Positions 62,371-64,000 of a stretch of DNA of 64,000 nucleotides are shown piece after piece. The DNA lies in contig JBIIJH010000001.1 in the NCBI GenBank assembly GCA_044233905.1, positions 10,442-74,441 of the forward strand. Reading direction: 5' to 3'. The notes beneath the pieces are model-generated. The model was not told the DNA's origin. It saw nothing but the letters and a program-made list of their open reading frames with translations, and did not search any database. Both the position numbers and the translations under genes were made by a program. Within the stretch, counting starts at the first letter, position 1. Every line of letters starts with the position of its first letter. The DNA comes from Phycisphaerales bacterium. Lineage in GTDB: Bacteria; Planctomycetota; Phycisphaerae; Phycisphaerales; SM1A02.

Positions 62371-62904
62371 CTAGCGTCGGCTCTCGCGCACCACGTGCGC
62401 CATCGGCTCGGTGCTGCAGTCGATGTCCACCGCGAAGAATCCGCCGTTGCGGTGCTTCTGCACCTGGCGCCACATGATCTCGCGGTCGGTGATGGGGATC
62501 GGCAGCTTCTCGACATCGGCCTCGGGGATCCACTCGAGGCGGCCTTCGTCGAACTCGCTGTGCGCGATCTCGTCCGGGCGCACGTGGCGCGTGCATTCGA
62601 AGAGGAAGATCAGCCAGTGCATCTCGCCCTGATAGGCACGCTCGCTCACCATCCCGAAGAGGCGCATGTCCTCGACGCGGAGGCGCAGGCCGGTCTCCTC
62701 CTCCACCTCGCGCGCCGCGCATTCATGCGGGCTCTCGCCGCGGCTGATCTCCACCTTGCCGCCCACCGGCGAGTACATGTCGATGTTCGGCACCTTCTTG
62801 CGGTGGAGCATCAGGATGCGGCCATCCGCGTCCCACAGGTAGCAAAGGACCGCCACCTTGTAGGGAAGCGAGGCAGTGTCGTACTGCGGAGCGTGCAGGT
62901 TCAA
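62371..62904 (-). CDS. NUDIX hydrolase
   Basis: Nudix box GGKVEISRGESPHECAAREVEEETGL. No ATG lies upstream of the box. The proposed TTG start at 62904 overlaps the dapA stop (TTGA). Confidence 0.7.
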   Translation of the reverse strand: MNLHAPQYDTASLPYKVAVLCYLWDADGRILMLHRKKVPNIDMYSPVGGKVEISRGESPHECAAREVEEETGLRLRVEDMRLFGMVSERAYQGEMHWLIFLFECTRHVRPDEIAHSEFDEGRLEWIPEADVEKLPIPITDREIMWRQVQKHRNGGFFAVDIDCSTEPMAHVVRESRR

Positions 62905-63830
62905 CGTGCGGCCCCTGCGGGCGTGGGCACGGCGCTGGCGACGATTCCGGCGGACACCACCAGCTCGCGGATGCGCGTGGCAGCCTGCGCCGACGCTGCG
63001 GCAAGCGGCAGGCGAACCATGCCGGTGTCGAGGCCGAGCGAGGCAAGCGCACACTTGACGGGCACCGGATTGACGTCGATGGAGAGCAGGCCCTTCGAGA
63101 GCGGTAGCAGCGCCATGTGCACCTCGAGCGCCGCGCGGAAATCGTTGCCGGCAAGCAGGCGGCAGAGTTCCGCCACGCGGCCGGGCACCAGGTTGCTGAC
63201 CACACTCACCACGCCCGCCGCACCCACGGCCGCGAAGCTCGGCGTCAGGCTGTCGTCGCCGGAGAGGACGGTGATGCCGCAGCGCTGGCGGATCTCGCTG
63301 GCCGAATCCATGCTGCCGGTGGCTTCCTTGATCGCCTGGATGTTCGGGTGGCGGCTCAGGCGCTCGACGGTCTCGGGCGCAATGGCAACACCCGCGCGGC
63401 CGGGGATGTTGTAGAGCATCACCGGGAGGTCGCAGCAATCGGCCACCGACATGAAGTGGCGGTAGATGCCTTCCTGCGATGGCTTGTTGTAGTACGGCGT
63501 GACCTGGAGACCGGCATCGGCACCGAGCTGGCGCGCGAGCTTCTGCAGGTGCATGGCATGCGCGGTGGAGTTCGAGCCCGCGCCCGCCACCACCTGCAGC
63601 CCGAGCGGGCGACCGACGCGCACCGCGGTCTCGACGACGCGCGCATGCTCTTCCTCGGTCAGCGTGGGGCTCTCGCCGGTGGTGCCGCAGGGCACGATTC
63701 CGGTGACGCCACCCGCCGCCTGGCGACGCACGCCCTCTTCGAGGCGCGCAAGATCCACCGACGTGCCATCGGCACTGAACGGGGTGACGATCGCGGTGTA
63801 GCAGCCGTGGAAACCGATGCGCGTGCTCAT
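62901..63830 (-). CDS. dapA: 4-hydroxy-tetrahydrodipicolinate synthase
   Basis: 309 aa: [52 protein letters not shown]. Confidence 0.95.
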   Translation of the reverse strand: MSTRIGFHGCYTAIVTPFSADGTSVDLARLEEGVRRQAAGGVTGIVPCGTTGESPTLTEEEHARVVETAVRVGRPLGLQVVAGAGSNSTAHAMHLQKLARQLGADAGLQVTPYYNKPSQEGIYRHFMSVADCCDLPVMLYNIPGRAGVAIAPETVERLSRHPNIQAIKEATGSMDSASEIRQRCGITVLSGDDSLTPSFAAVGAAGVVSVVSNLVPGRVAELCRLLAGNDFRAALEVHMALLPLSKGLLSIDVNPVPVKCALASLGLDTGMVRLPLAAASAQAATRIRELVVSAGIVASAVPTPAGAAR

Positions 63831-64000
63831 GCCGGCGAGTGTACGCCCGCAGCAGCACCATCGATGCAGGCGCGCATCCGCGCAACGGCGGAACGCAGCC
63901 CCGTGAACACCGCCTCGCTGACGATGGCGTGGCCGATGTGGAGTTCGTTCAGGCCGGGAAGTGCGGCCACCGGGCCCACGTTCACGTAATTGAGCGCGTG
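63827..64000 (-). CDS. pdxJ: pyridoxine 5'-phosphate synthase PdxJ (C-terminal 57 aa; the rest lies outside the window)
   Basis: Hand translation of the minus strand gives [57 protein letters not shown]. The ..ELHIGHAI(V/I)S.AVF.GL..AV..M pattern is typical of the PdxJ C-terminus. The stop overlaps the dapA start (ATGA). Confidence 0.7.
   Translation of the reverse strand, partial: HALNYVNVGPVAALPGLNELHIGHAIVSEAVFTGLRSAVARMRACIDGAAAGVHSPA

Noticed and set aside
1-64000. Searched by eye for tRNA/rRNA genes, transposases, integrases, phage genes, toxin-antitoxin pairs and restriction-modification genes.
   Set aside because: None were found. All intergenic regions over 100 nt (7678-8303, 19434-19636, 21959-22285, 27533-27794, 30979-31171, 35661-35807, 43589-43809) lack cloverleaf-like or rRNA-like sequence. 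No ORF shows DDE, tyrosine- or serine-recombinase motifs. A covariance-model scan would be needed to be certain about small RNAs.

Overview
High-GC bacterial chromosomal segment (about 68-72% G+C by eye). I call about 50 protein-coding genes and found no rRNA, tRNA, CRISPR array, transposase or integrase. Two DUF1559-type prepilin-leader proteins, several Ser/Thr kinases, ECF and alternative sigma factors, and many low-complexity protein tails suggest Planctomycetota/PVC (Phycisphaerae-like); that is inference only.

Gene order:
- 1-7.7 kb: ECF sigma/anti-sigma operon, dnaB, HU/IHF, lpxK-maf, a Ser/Thr kinase, RidA.
- 8.3-10.3 kb: tandem DUF1559 prepilin-like genes.
- 10.3-15.5 kb: NfeD-NfeD-FloA plus a GT2 glycosyltransferase and a flippase-like gene.
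- 15.5-23.5 kb: housekeeping genes (rdgB, acyl-CoA carboxyltransferase, rpsO-pnp, a cold-shock protein), then a histidine kinase whose 5' end is a 15-bp tandem repeat.
- 23.6-26.9 kb: archaeal-type topoisomerase VI operon (top6B-top6A).
- 27-31 kb: ndk, a sigma-70 family factor, an MFS transporter, an orphan CoA-transferase A subunit.
- 31.2-47.9 kb: a 16-gene same-strand type II secretion / type IV pilus-like cluster.
- 48-52.4 kb: convergent operon for a 1330-aa beta-propeller protein and a small protein with a roughly 70-residue pure Asp/Glu tail.
- 52.5-64 kb: LEA_2 lipoprotein, ppk1-queD, a phosphohexomutase, a lower-GC Ser/Thr-kinase-WD40 gene behind an FHA-PP2C phosphatase, and nudix-dapA-pdxJ.

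Best candidates for follow-up:
- the hybrid T2SS/T4P-like cluster and its sequence motifs;
- the bacterial Topo VI;
- the poly-D/E protein;
- the compositionally atypical kinase-WD40 gene.

All start codons were chosen by hand from the ORF track and raw sequence. No database search was possible.
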